A stretch of DNA of 64,000 nt from Sphaerodactylus townsendi (GCF_021028975.2 NC_059429.1:76756001-76820000); one strand, 5' to 3'. Positions 48,136 to 62,135 are shown, numbered from the stretch's first letter. Notes: generated from the sequence alone by a model not told the origin. A program made the numbers and translations.

Positions 48136-49999
48136 CAGATATGCCACTGCTACTCAGGAATGCTATAGGTTGATCCTGCACTGAGCAAGGCCTTTCCTAT
48201 GATTTGTACAGCACATGTTTTGCAAGCAGAAGACTCATGATATCTCTGAATAAAGGCTCTACAGTAGTAAGAGTTGGGGTCATGAAACCTTGGACAGCTG
48301 CTTCAGACTCAATAGGCCATACTGGTCTGAGTTAGTATAGGACAGCTTCATAGGTTATAAATTCACAGTGACATAACTGGTTCTGCTGACTTTTGTTGTA
48401 AATATCCAAAATCATCCACCTGCGAACGTGATCTGGGAGAGAAGACTGTACGTCATTTAAACAAAATATAGCAAGAACATTTTGGCAACAGACTTGTGGC
48501 TCACAATATGCATATCAATTATGTACCCTGAGGTCAGCCCAAGATATTCCCAGGCAACAACCTTTCCAACAACAACAAAAACAAAGCCTTTACAAAGATA
48601 AATAAGATACAAAAACAAAAGATATCTAAAACAATTTAAAATATCATTTCAGCAGTAAATATGAGTGGGATCTGGCAAAAGTTAAGCATTTTACAGCCCA
48701 GTCCAGGGGCAGGGCAATCACTCCAAACTGTAAGTGCCACAGTCCCTGTGAGTGGGGCAGGGCAATCAATCACAGGAGCTGGAATAAGGCTGCGTGGTGC
48801 AAGGGGCACTTGGACTGGTGGAGGGGCCAGTGCCTGGCCACCTCTCTGCCCAGCTGTGGCCAAAGCCAGAAGTCCTGGCTGTAGTAGAGCTGCACTGGTG
48901 TCCAGAATGGATGCCAGCATGGGAAGAGCAGGCTGGGGCATTCATGGGGGTGGAGTCAACGTTAGTTGGCTTCCACTCCAAGTTTGCAGCCAGTTGCATT
49001 GCAGCCCCAGCCCCCTCCATTGGCTCAACAGAGGGCTCTCCGCCGGTGGGAAGGATTTTTTGTTTTTCTTCCCTCACCTTGCCTCTAGAAAGCCTGTGGG
49101 AGGTGGTACAGTGCCGCCTTCATCGCACTGCCTCCAGCCACCACAAAGTCTCGTTCATTTTGATGCGAGAACTAAACATGGGCTTAAATTTCTCCCACGG
49201 AAACCAGTGGGATTTTAAGTGCTTAACTGGAGTTGGATCATGCCCAGTGAGTTTAGAAAATAATAGGTTTATGAGTTAATCAAGAAAGGAGAAGGCATAA
49301 CAAAGACCAACAGCAGGTGTTCAAAACCATAGCCTCATTTTCTCTGCTAGAAGTGATGTTGGATGTGAAAACAAATACTTTACAGCATGAAATTAAACAG
49401 CAAGGAAGGCCACTTATATGCCTATAACAGTGATGCTATTTGTGACATGGCTTCAGGTGGTGCAAGAATGTATTTCTGTCTCAGCCAAAGGTGTGGAAAG
49501 CTCTGAAAGGAGAGGAATAAATATTCAGCAACAGAAACCATTGTTGAACTATCACTTTTAGAAATTCTTCATTCAGTTTGTTTTTCCTACCAGGGCAGGT
49601 ATTATAATCAGGGGCTGATTTACATTGTACAAAGGGCACAGGAGGGTTAAACTACCCACCTCAGTTTTCTGAACTCAAATTAATTTGTTTTAATCTCCCG
49701 TTTCCCTGTCCCTGTGTAGGATCATTCTGCGCATGCTCGCAGAGTCGTGGATCTGTCAGTTTGAATGTAAAAAAAAATTCCGCCCCAGCACAACACGGCA
49801 GCCAATCAGGATAGCCCCTGAGCGGATCGCGTGTTTGATCTGCCGACAGTGGGGACTCCTGCGTGGCTGCTGCGTTTCTGTGAACAAGGGGGGAGAAGCT
49901 GCAGGGAGGACCATGAAACCATGCTCAAAAGGTCCCAAATCTTACCAAACCGGTTTGTATCTAGTTTCATTTTTGAAGTGGGGAATCGACCCTAGTTAG

Positions 50000-50940
50000 C
50001 AGGGGCGTAACGAGGCAGCCCTGGGCAAACTGTAGCCCTGGGCAAAACCTGAGTTGGATGCCCCCTCCCATGGGCGGCCACTCCACCGTGACCAAATTTT
50101 TTTTGCACCAGGACATTGGTGCCTGCAGGGGGTGCATTTTTAGACATATCAACACAAATATTTCAGCATATCATCAGGAGACTATCCTTATGCTACTCCC
50201 CAAGTTTGGTGAGGTTTGGTTCAAGGAGTCCAACGTTATGGACTCCCAAAGGGGTGCCCCATCCCCCATTGTTTCCAATGGGAGCTAATAGGAGATGGGG
50301 GCTAGTTTTGAGGGTCCATAACTTTGCCCCCCTGAACCAAACTGCACCAAACTTGGGGAGTGCCATCATATCCAGATGCTACCCTGAAATTTTGATGCCG
50401 ATACATCCAAAAATGCACCCCCTGCAGGAACATCCTAGAAATTTGCCCAAGAATCTTTGTGCGGCATTGAGTTTTCGGTATGGCTGGCAATGGGGGGGGT
50501 TGCAGGATGGGGGGGGGGGCACATTTCTGAAGGCACAGTCTCAAAACTTTCAGGGTCTCATCAGGAGACTGCCCTAATGATATCCCCCAAGTTTGGTGCA
50601 GTTTGGTTCCAGGGAGGCCAAAGCTATGGACCCTCAAAACCGTAGCCCCCCAACTCCTATTAGCTCCTATTGGAAACAATGGGGGATAGGGGAACCCCTT
50701 TGGGAGTCCATAACGTTGGACTCCCTGAACCAAACCTCACCAAACTTGGGGGGTAGCATAAGGACAGTCTTCTGATGATACGCTGAAATTTTGGTGCCGC
50801 TAGCCTAAAAACTGCGCCCCCTGCAGGCCAAAAATGGAAAACCACTAAAATACCAAAAAACGAACCCAGCATTTTGATGCCCCCCACAAGGTGATGCCCT
50901 GGGCAGCTGCCCACCTTGCCCAATGGGCATTACGCCAGTG
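50000..50940 (-). mobile_element. Non-autonomous hAT transposon with internal palindrome
   Basis: Perfect 8-bp TSD CTAGTTAG (49992-49999 and 50941-50948); ends CAGGGGCGTAA...TTACGCCAGTG; 50120-50305 is an inverted copy of 50643-50828. Confidence 0.9.
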
Positions 50941-51808
50941 CTAGTTAGGCAATTCCATGTTTGACACATTCTGATCTGCCACCAATACATCTAGCATAGC
51001 TCTAAAATTCAAAGTGAGTATTTTTCTTTCTAAATTTGGGAAGGAAGGGTGGTAATTGGGGGTGGTGGTGGTGGTTGTGGAAGGCCTTTGTACTTTCAGC
51101 AGTTCCATGGCAAGAAGTGTTCAGAAAATGTTTTTCTAGGATTTGCCTCATACTGCAATACAGCAGGTGTTATTGTGAGATACCATGGCTGTTATTCCTA
51201 CTCTTAGTTTAAAGTAGAAGTAACAATGGCTGTAGCCTCACCATGTCTCAGTGTATTTAAAAAAGAATATGTGCTATCTTGGGAAGAGCATCTGGCACTG
51301 CATTGGCATGCTGGAGTGTTAAAGACCCCAGGTCCCTGCCAGGAAAAGTTGGCCACCATATCCTCTAGACTGCTTCCAAATACTGGAATGGAGCTGCCAA
51401 TAGTATAGAGCCTCTGCCAGGAAAACAGGCCCCAACAGAGGTACTTTGGTGCTGCCAGTTCACCATTAACGGATACTAATGATTTCTAAATGGAGGTGGT
51501 ATAAAACATGGTGAGAGAATAAAATTAGATGCAAGCCATAAATATAATTATCTGGATATGACATTATCTATCCAGCAGGTGGTAGTCTACTCTCAAGCTG
51601 AAAAGATCCAACATTTCTTTGTTTAGCTAGCCTGTGGGTTGATGCACTTTCTCAGCCAGTGCCTGAGCATGGACATAAGATGACATACAACAAAAGAAAG
51701 ATATTTCATGGTCTTTTGGGAAATCTTTTGCAGGGGACTAGATGGTAGTTATGCATTTTCACATGCTTGCAGACTCCACTTTGTCTGAACCAAATGGAAC
51801 CTCACTTG

Positions 51809-52308
51809 GGCTGTTTCCGCACAGGCGGAATACAGCGCCCCAGGGATGCTAAAGACAGCATCCCTGGGGAGGGGTTCGCATGGCTGCCGCCGCATCGCAG
51901 CAGCGGCGGTCTCGCAACCCCCGAGCGGCACGAAGCCGCTGTTTCTGAACCTCGCTCCCTGAGCAAGGTATTTCGGAAACAGCAGCTTCCAAACGCTGCT
52001 GTGCGAACGACAGCGGCTGGAAGGCGCCATTTCCTCCCCCTTTCCCAAATGCCTACCTTGTCTCCTTGCTTCCCTCTTGTCGCAGAGGCCAGGGGACACC
52101 CCCCCGGCCTGCGACTCCAGAGCCGTTGCTCCAGGCTGCAGGGGCGTGTCCCCTGGCTTCTGCGACAAGCTGGAAGCCAGGAGACAAGGTAGGCATATGC
52201 CGCTGCCTACCACCCTCCTGGGACCATCCATGCGAACGGTCCCAAGGGGGGTGCGTCGGCATTGTTTATGCCGACGCACTCCTGCACCGTTGCGGTGCAG
52301 AAAGGTCC
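51809..52308. mobile_element. GC-rich PIF/Harbinger-like MITE
   Basis: 3-bp TSD TTG; ends GGCTGTTTCCGCAC / GTGCAGAAAGGTCC; internal hairpin at about 52049-52196. Confidence 0.7.
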
Positions 52309-52858
52309 TTGGAAAGAGTGGGAACCTAAAGCACTGGTTTCATTTGCTATGTTGGGGTGGTGGTGGGGAGGAATTATCAATTGTCTTTCCTGGATGGGAC
52401 CCATGTATAAAAGTTCTGTTGTTGAGGATTTAATATGTTTGAGAGGTATAAGCAAGTAAGTTGAACAAATGTCAAATGTGTTCAACACAGTGTGACACAC
52501 TGTCTCTGTCAAACAGTGAAAGAGAAAAAAGGTGAAGGGTATTTTTCATTCCCTGTTCAGCCGAAAATAGTCATGGTGGCCCACAGTCCTCCTTTCCCAT
52601 TTGCAACTTTTTTTACTGCCCTCCACTCCTGCAACTTTCACAGGAGAGTAATCTGCTGACCTTAGCAGGTGGTAATATGAGTTTTCATGCCAAGAAAAGC
52701 TTTTTTTGCTGATCAAGCAGCTTTGAAAGGTCCAAGAGCAGGACACACAGTGGAAGGGGGGGGGGGTGTCAGTGAGCAATTCTCCCCAGTGTACCTTGAG
52801 AGTATGCAGACACTTTTAAGAATATGGAGTCTGTTCATGGCATGGAGTGCCTCTGGAG

Positions 52859-53016
52859 CAGAGGCATAGCAAGGGGAAAAGCACCTGGTGCAACAGTGCA
52901 TCCTCCACCCCGCCCTGGAATACCCCCGTCCTGCCCCGGAATGCCCTCGCCACACCCCCACAGGGGCGCACCCATTGCATCATGCACCCCCCTGTCCCCT
53001 TGGAACTACGCCTCTG
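52859..53016. mobile_element. hAT MITE
   Basis: Ends CAGAGGCATAG / CTACGCCTCTG; TSD CTCTGGAG/CACTGGAG. Confidence 0.7.
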
Positions 53017-54760
53017 CACTGGAGGCCACAAAACTCTGCTTGGGCTCCATCTACTCTGAAGTTTTAACAATCATCTCCAACATGCATAATGTAAATAGTC
53101 CCTTGGAACAGGATCAAGTTTCACAGTGTCCATATTTAAAGGCACACTTTAAAAAACACCCTGAAAGACACAATAGCAGCATCATCACTTTCCTTTAAAA
53201 AAAACAACAACCCTCTTTGAATACTTGCAAAAGTGATGAACGTTTTGTTCAAATGCTGTCTGGGACACAATAGTGCTTATGCAACCTCAGGAACCCTCCC
53301 AGGCTTGTTTTTTTTTGGGGGGTGGGGGGTGGGATTAACCTTTTTTCTATCATCTAATTCCATCCTGCTGTTTCAGAGGGAACAAACTGCTTGTCCAATT
53401 AAAAAAGCTTATATTTGGCTCTTTGTTTAGAAATACTGCAACTATCTCTACTAGATTTTTTCATCTATTCATTTGTTTAAATATATGTATTTACTTATTT
53501 AAAATATTGATCCCTTGCCTTATCCCTGAAAACTCAAGATAGCTAACAAAACAGCAGAATCTGAAGGACACAGACATCTTAAGTGTCCAACGAGGAAAAA
53601 CTAATACACATTTAAAAACAAGTAAAAGCTGATAAAGTTGGCCAAGACCATTTACCCTCTACCCAATGCCTTCTGGAACAGAATAGACTTATACCTTTTT
53701 TAAGGTCAGCAAATGAAAATGGCTGCCACCTCTACCGTGTGAGGCCATTCCAGAGGAAAACAGCTACTAGAGAGAATTTCTGTGACCTAACTGTTGCCAC
53801 GTGGATCATCATAGATGAGAGTTCTACCTGGAGAAGATGTTCTAAAGAGCACAACCAGCACACATGAGTATACTGGGAAATGCTTTTAGAGTGTGGTGTG
53901 AGTGTTTCAGGGAGGGAAGGTGGCTTCAAAGTACTGACCCATGTCAAACCACCTTTGCCTTTGCCTTGAAAGCCCCTTACTGGGGTTGCTATAAGTTGGC
54001 TGTGACTTGATGGGACTATCTTTACAGATACATGAGTATCCCAGATCATAAAGGAATTTAAGTATCAACATTATTCTCATGATATGGATGTTACACACCC
54101 AACATTTTTTAGTCCTGTCCTTATGGCTTCTTGACCCCTTTCTTTAGTTACAAGCTTTCTTGATGGTTGAGAACTCTGCTGGACATTTCCCATTAATAAG
54201 ACTACTCTTTAGGAACAATCTCAAAAGATCCTTCTATGGACAAAATTTTGCGTAATTGATTTTATCTATTTTATTTTCATCCCACTTTCCTTCTAAAGAG
54301 ATTATGGTAACATGTATCATTCTCTGTACCCTATTTTATTCTTGCAGCAACCCTTTGGGGGTAGGCTAGGCTGAGAACAAGCAACTAACCCAAGATCACT
54401 CAGTGAACTTTGTGGCTAAACAGGGATTTTTATTCACCTCTCACAGATGCTAGACTACACAGACCAACAACCAGACAACACTGACTCTTTACCAGTCTGT
54501 GGCTCTGTGAACTTGTTTCTGATCCAGTTTGCTTTGTGTTGGCACCTGTGCTAACTGTGGGTACCAGAAACAATTGTTCACAGAAGCAATTATTGGTTCG
54601 AAACAACTTTAGAGCTAGAAGGTAATTCTGAGGATAGAAATTCTAAAATACTAAAATATGAAAAGTGATATGAAGCCTTTCAGACACAGCACTCTGGTTT
54701 GGTAACCATATAGAGCTAAACTTTGTCCCACTGCAGAATTGAATTATGTGAAGTGTCACA

Positions 54761-54843
54761 CCAAGAAAGGAAAGGAGATTCTGTCAAAGGCCGTAGCAGC
54801 TCCCAAGAAAGGAAAGGAGGCTCTGTCAAAGGCTGCAGCAGCT
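54761..54843. repeat. 42-bp tandem duplication
   Basis: CCAAGAAAGGAAAGGAG..TCTGTCAAAGGC.G.AGCAGCT occurs twice with about 4 mismatches. Confidence 0.85.
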
Positions 54844-56407
54844 TTTCATCTGATTGTGAGTAGAATTCTTTTCATGTTCTCTAGCATGGATCAGCATCTT
54901 CTGAATAGTTTCATGAGCTAGTTGAATCAGCTTCATTCAGCTGATTTCTCTGACGTGACACAAATAGATATCAACTTGGGATATGGCCCTCTTTGTTTTC
55001 AGCAGCAGATCTCTGTAAGTGACTCCTTTGACATTTCCCTGATTTGCTGCAAGGCATACAGAACAAGAACAGATTTATAGGTTGTCACATGACACCCTCC
55101 TGCTGTTTTAGAAATATGTAGGACACAAGTCCTCCAAGGAGGTGTTATCATCAATTTAAAATCTTGGGAATTACTGATCTTCCCCTTGTGATATTTTCAT
55201 TTGCAAATAGATCTTAACAATTAGATACTAATTTATTCATGATGTGTCTCCATTACTAGCTGTGTGAGAAACAAATAAAATGCCTCTTTTCCTGCCTTGA
55301 AGCCAGGAGAATCAGAGTCAGTAGAAAGAAGATATAACAAAGAGATGGAAACTTCTGATTATGAAGCAATTGAAGAATAAGATTTAATGGGTTAGTGGCT
55401 GAAAATGAATGGTTTTTTCCTATCTTTCTCAAAATATGGAGCTGATCTACTGTGTGTTCTGTTACAATAAGAAGCTGAATACGTTAAATGTGGAAGCACA
55501 GACAAGGGAGAAGAATAAAGCTTTCAGAAATTAAAAGAGGACAAAAAACAAGCAGTCATTTTAGGCCACAGTCTAGGTTCTCAACTTGTTTGAAGGGCTG
55601 CTTGGAAGGATAAGAATGTTGGAGACCTAGGAGGAATTCCAAGGCACCAGTGCTAAAGAGATGGCTTGTTCCATGCTGAGAATTTTTGGTCTATATCTTC
55701 CTCCATCCAGTTTCATCCCCCAAGAGGAGCTTTGGTGGGAACTGAGCAAGAGGCTGATGGAGAGGGAATGTGCTCAGTTTTGGTTAATATTCACAAGAGT
55801 TTTATCTGTTACCACATTTTCATCTTTTCCAGCTTCACCAAACTCTGCACTCTATCCTCCCATTACCAGATCATCAGTTGAGAGCAGAATGCCAGTTTTA
55901 TTCCTAGGTTTAGTGCAAAACCCAGCCAGCACCATTCCCTTGCTTGTTCTAAAGCTGCAGTCTAAGGACCAAATTACAAATTATGGTTGTCTAGGCTCCC
56001 TGATGTGACTTTTAGTCAGTCACATGACAGCTGTGAGTTGCTGACTGTGAGTTCTCTAACTCAGTTCCCAAGTACATGGGGGCCCAATCTGGAACCAAAG
56101 CGTGCAGGAAGCAGGGGCCTTCTGTCTTTCCCCAAGCCATTTTCCCAACCCAATATGACCCCAGGAAGTTCTATTTGCCCCACTGGTTTGCTGCATGTGG
56201 ACTGATGGGCTACATGTGTAGATGCTAGTGGGGCAAACAGAACCCCTCATTAGTCTTTTGGGCAGAAAGCTGTGGGGAGCCCCTTCTCCCTGCTTGCTGT
56301 GGTTCTGAATTGGTCTCCCACAACTGAAGGTTAGGTTGATCAACCCAAGGAAAACTGGCAAGGGATGTAAAGAGCCATCCTGCTAAGGTGGTCTTTAGGA
56401 TCACTTA

Positions 56408-56850
56408 GGCCATTTCTGCACGGGCGGAATATGGCGGCCTGGGGACGGCAAAAACGTTGTCCCCAGGCCGCCATTCGCACAGGGGGCGCCCTTGCGCCGC
56501 CCGCCCGGCGCCGAGCCGGCGTTTTCAGAGTGCTTCCCAGCGCTTCCCCCCCCCCACACTCCCTGCCTTCACTCACCTGCTCTCCGGCCCTCCGGCGTGT
56601 CACCGGGGCCTGGGGACACGCCCCCCTGCTCTGCGACACAGAAGCAGGCGCGCAGGGCAGGGGAGGCGTGTCCCCAGGCCCCGGTGATGCGCCGGAGGAC
56701 CGGAGAGCAGGTGAGTCGACTGGGTGACGGCGCCCAGCGGTGCCGTCTTCCCGGTTCTTTCTGGGACCGTCCATGCGGACGGTCCCAGTGTCGTCGGGTC
56801 GGCGTCAGAAACGCCGACCCAAGCCCTTCCGCCTCCGTGTGGAAAGGGCC
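56408..56850. mobile_element. GC-rich PIF/Harbinger MITE
   Basis: TTA TSD (56405-56407 and 56851-56853); TIRs GGCCATTTCTGCACGG / CCGTGTGGAAAGGGCC; internal hairpins shared with 51809-52308. Confidence 0.8.
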
Positions 56851-57514
56851 TTAGTCTCTGGTATTGATTGCACACCAGCCAAAGAAACATTGGTTCTAGG
56901 TTGGAGGTATACCATGATTGTAAATTTAGAAGCAGAGGCCAAAGTCTCGAAAGGCTGAGAAATATTGGGCAATAGCTATTTGATAAAACATGTAAACACT
57001 GAATAAACAATTAGGAGCTTTCTGACCCTAAAAGCTCCTGTGCATAATCTGCTGAGTTTGTGAAAGCCTTGAATCATTAAGAAAAGGCTGGGCAGATACC
57101 TTTTGTAGATGTTTTTAGGAGGTTCTGCTTTAGGCTTGGGAGGTGGACTGGAATGATGCATTTAGTGATTACATGATTCTGCAACTCTAAGCAGGCTTGA
57201 CATAAGAACTGTGAGAATGTACTCTGATGTACTCTAATGATGAAGCAAATCAACTAGGCTACACTTGGTTGGAATAACAAACTGGTAGTGCAATATTTAT
57301 TGTCTATATAAGCATGTACACAATAACAGCCACAGAAATTTTGCAAGAAGGCAATACATATCCAATATTGGTGCTCAAATACAACAGTTCATCAGTGCAA
57401 ACAGACGAGCCCCCTGGTATCTGCTTGTTTCATGGAATTTATTATTGTCCACTTCCTTATTATGGTATCATCAGTCTTGCTTGCTTCTTTATAAGGTCAC
57501 CTTCCCATTAATTG

Positions 57515-57780
57515 AAGAACATAAGAAAGACCCTACTGGATCAGACCAGAGTCCATCTAGTCTAGCACTTTGCTACTTGCAGTGGCTCACCAGATGCCTT
57601 TGGGAGCTCACATACAGGATGAAAGCAATGGCCTTCTTCTTCTTCTGCTGCTGCTCCCAGCACCTGGTCTATTAAGGCATTTGTAACCTCAGATCAAAGA
57701 GGATCAAGATTGGCAGCCACAGATCGACTTTTCCTCCATAAATCTGTCCAAGCCCCCTTTAAAGCTATCCAGGTTAGTGG
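57515..57780 (-). mobile_element. CR1 3' end fragment
   Basis: Reverse complement of the CR1 3' UTR and tail seen at 25650-25915. Confidence 0.85.
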
Positions 57781-59540
57781 ATATCTATATATGAATATCT
57801 ATGCATGAATTATGGATATCTATATATTAATTATGAATATCTATATATGAATTATGTTATTTTATGCTTAAAATAAACATAATTTGTACAATTTGCCGTT
57901 TACAACATAATTCATAAATGCATACAAAAATACTATTTATAAATATTCAAGTGCAAGTTGTGCTATACGTATTACTTACAGCATCCAAATTCTGTATAAT
58001 CTCTTACAACATATTTGCGGCTAATTATTGTATACTGACTGTGTATGTCGACATGAAATATGCTGTCATTTTTCACTACTAGTTTTCTATTCTCACAGAG
58101 TATAGCCAAGGAATATAAATTTTCTTGATGTTTGTTTGCTTTGATTTATCTATACCCAGCCAGATCTTTTCTAAGTCTAATGATAGCCAAACACATACTG
58201 TATTCACTATTGAATTATACTGTTATTCCTGAAATAAACTAAATGGTCCTTTCTCTATGTTCAAAGCTCTATGTTCATCCACCGCAGGCTATTGTTATAG
58301 TACCAAGCTGATGCCAAATTAAGGACATAATAGGGAGAATGTACTTAGGACAGAAGAATGGTTACAACACATTGGCCTTTGGCAGGGGTAGGGCATCTGT
58401 CAGAGGCTCCTTTTGCCTTAATAAACTGTGACATTTTAAGGACACCATCATGGACAAAAACCTGATTAAAGTGGAGGAGCCATAGTAGTCTCCATACACA
58501 GATTCAGACCTGGCTGAGATTAGACGAATAACACAAACATACACACACACACTACGCAATCAGGCTGCCTGCTTCGTGTAATAAATTCACAGTATACGTG
58601 AAAATACGAAGCACGGTGACTTTCAAAAATTGGAGTGAGATTAAAGGAGGCTTGTTTGGTTAAGTGAATTGTTGATTCTTCACATACCATCACATAAAAT
58701 CGATCTTTACAGTGGATATTTGCAGAAAGGATGAATAGGTTTTTGCTGAAGGAGAAACTAATAAAATGAGGGTTATGCCTGCTTTTCCGAAGGAATTCTT
58801 CTTTCACCTCATCTTGCCTCATGAAGAAAGCAGGCTTCCATGCAATAAATAAGCATGGACAAAGAAATCTGCAGAGTTCACTTAGGGATAGAATTGTCTC
58901 CTACCTGACAAGCATGGAATACATGATAATGGAAAACAACCCAGCAAGCCTCATACCATGGCTAGGCAGCAAGGTCTGGTGAAAGTACAATAATCTGTGG
59001 TTGGGAGATTCCCACATGGCCCTCATTGTCTGGCTTTAGCTCCCTACCCCCACGCGGCTGATTACATTCCAAATAGATCACAGAAATTCTAACCTGTCTT
59101 CCGATCTCTTCCTTCCTTTGCTAGTTAATGTACGCACAACTCTTGGAAACTGCAAGGGGATAGATACATTCTAAGGTCTGGGTACACTAACAGTCTGAGT
59201 ACACTGCTTTTTTACCTTAAGGACAAGTGTTTTAGTCTTCCACTCTACTGCTTTGTCAATTAGATGGTTTGGGTAGGAAGAGATTATTGTAGATGAGAAC
59301 AGGGAAAACTATTTCATCTTAGGAAGGGCTAACATTTATTATAATGAACTGGTGTGATGGAGACAGCTAGGCTGGGAAGATCTCATTGGTCCAGGGTCAA
59401 TTTGTTTTCATTCTGGAATAAAAATAATGAATCCCTCTGATGTTGAGTAGCATAAGCTCTGTGACTACTACATTCCAGGGCCCAGGTTGTCCCACTCTTC
59501 TGAAGCATCTGAGAAGGGGGAAATTGAAAAGGGGTTGTTC

Positions 59541-59571
59541 TGTGTGTGTGTGTGTGAGAGAGAGAGAGAGC

Positions 59572-59604
<33 letters not shown>

Positions 59605-59606
59605 TG
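59541..59606. repeat. (TG)n(AG)n compound microsatellite
   Basis: Directly visible. Confidence 0.95.
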
Positions 59607-60034
59607 TGCTGGGGAAATTCCTTTGTGCATACATCCATTTTTTTCCAGCACCGTGGTGGTTGGGGGAGACACATATGTTCCACACTGGGTGACATAACAG
59701 GATCTTTCCTTGACTGAAGCATTCCGCACATGGAATATGTTGACAGTATGATCAATGAACAATCTCATAAATTGTGGGTAGCATCAGAGTACTAGGGATG
59801 TGGTGGGCATGTATGGTAGATCTTATTTATTGCCTGATTGCTTTCACAGCTCTGATTGTGATATTGCCTTTGATTGTGGTTGAGCACAGAATTGTGATCT
59901 CGTTTTGCCAGAACTGGCTTTCAAATAATGTTGCAGGATTGTAGGATCAATCTGCTGGTGCTTATTGAATTCTGATGCTTTGATCTGTTTTGTTAACTGA
60001 TTAAAATATAATTTTTCACTATCCTTGTTACAGC

Positions 60035-60625
60035 TAGATAACATTACTGCAATGTGCTCGATGTGGAGCTGCCCTTGAGATGTATTCAGAAACTTCAGTT
60101 GGTACAGAATGCTCCTGCCAGGATGTGGACTGGAGTGAGCTGGAGGGAACATATCATTTGAGTCTTGGCACGATCCACTCTGACTCTGACTTTGTTTCTG
60201 GACCCAATTCAAAGTGCTGATCTGGACTTTCAAAGCCCTAGATGGTTTGGGACCAATGATCCTGCTTCAGGCTTACTTGCCTTCTGAGATGAGGTGGGTT
60301 ACTAGCCAGGAGAGGACCTTCTCAGTCATGGCACCAAAGCTGTGGAACTCTCTCCACAGGCAAATTCATCTGTCCTCTTCTGTTGTGATCTTCTGCCAGC
60401 AGGTGAAGACTTGCCTCAATGGTCCAATTATGTATTTTAACCCTTTTAGTCAATGATGTGTTTTAACTCTTTTAAAATTGTTTTAATTATGTGTTTTGAA
60501 AGGGATGATTTTAGTGAATTTAAAATGTGACTTTATCATGTATGATTTAATTTGTTAGCCCCCTTGGTGGTCCTTGTAAGGACACAAAGGCAGAATACAA
60601 ATTTTGTAAATAAATTAAAAATAAA
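60035..60625 (+). mobile_element. Old L2 3' fragment
   Basis: Degenerate ELPLRCIQKLQLVQNA, FKVLIWTFKAL, RTFSVMAPKLWNSL and an A-rich tail. Confidence 0.7.
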
Positions 60626-62016
60626 TAGATTATATGCGATATTTTGAGGAAGTTTCATATTTATTCAATATTCTAGCTACACAGCACAGACAATCCAGTT
60701 ATCATGGAATAGCCTGAAACAAAATATCCATGCTTTGCAGCATTAACAGTGTGAATACTTTTATGAGGCAGCAGCACTGATTAAAATCTAAATCCAAATT
60801 CCATATTTCAAACCAGCAAATAATGAAGAAATCCCTCTGAAATAGTTGTCTAATCATTTTGTCCTCAATGTCATAAAAAAATTGGAACAGAATTATTAAC
60901 TGCAGCAGTTGATGTATTGTTTGTAAAGGTTCAGTAAGCATGCTGACCTTGGGCTTGCTTTGGGTTTATTGCTCTTTAGTATATGGGCATTGTCTTGATA
61001 TTGATAGATGTCTTCATCCCTAAGAACTGTTCTGCAAAACATCAAAGCAATCAGATTTTTGGCATGATTATGAATATGTGCATCTTTGTAAAGGTGAATC
61101 TTTTTAAATCTGTTTTGAGCAGTTAGGTTTGTGCTTGTGCTGTTGTGAGGCTATTTTGATTATGTAAGGCTGGATCCCTTCCCTTGGATCCATTCCAGCA
61201 ATGGTACTGCTGTCCCATAGCACAAGGAGCATCCATTCCCTTGATACAAGACACTCTTCAACCAGTGGAAAAGCTTCTTGCATCAGGTGATGGCTCTTGT
61301 TTGGGGAAAAGTACCATTTTTAGTACAGCAGATTCATGGGATCCAACCCATAGTGTCTTCTAGATAACTTGCAATAGTATAGTGGTAAGCATGGTGGACT
61401 AGGGCTGGGAAGACCTGGGTTCAAATCCACATGCAGACATGCTTACTGGGTCACCTTGGGCCAACAAACAAACAAATCATTCACTCAGCTATATCAGAGA
61501 GCCATGTATATTGAGTTACCTGAAGGAAGTGTAGGATAAAAAGTAGATGTATTTCTACAAGATTTTCCTTGAATAACTCAACACTTAAATTATCATCATG
61601 TGTACAATGGATTTACCTGTTTTGACCAGTATTTTGTTCACAATAAAGTCTGACCTAGGGCTTTGATCACCCTTATTTTAAAATGATATGCTAGATTTCA
61701 AGCCTCATGGAACATAATGAATATCATGTATTTCCATACTGAGCAAATGCTTGGAACACAAATGTCTCTTGGAGCCTGCCACAGTTAGGGAAGTATGAAG
61801 AACTTGGGTTCTCAAGACTGATGGATAACTAAGCCACTCTTTGAGTCGGTCGTATGACCAGTGGTGGGGTTCAAATAATTTAACAACCAGTTGTGACTAT
61901 TATTTCAGTTGTGAAACCTGGGTTTACACTTTTATTATCTGAAAAGGGCCTGTATACAGAATGGAGTTCCAAATTAATTCCAAAATCATTACAAAACTTT
62001 GATCTGGCAACAGTAA

Positions 62017-62135
62017 GGTGGATTCCACATGGGCCAAAAACAGCAGTGCGAAAACAGTGTAAACATTTTTATACCATTTTAAACCATTTTCATACCGTTT
62101 TCACACTGCTGTTTTTGGCCCATGCAGAATCCACC
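62017..62135. mobile_element. PIF/Harbinger MITE
   Basis: TAA TSD; long TIRs GGTGGATTCCACATGGGCCAAAAACAGCAGTG / CACTGCTGTTTTTGGCCCATGCAGAATCCACC. Confidence 0.85.

Noticed and set aside
48661-49279. 185-aa and 161-aa ORFs
   Set aside because: GC-rich, repeat-like sequence open in several frames, with no domain similarity and no splice-supported context.
58540-58625. TACGTG hypoxia-response-like motif with nearby CpGs
   Set aside because: A single 6-mer is expected by chance, and no target gene is visible in the window.
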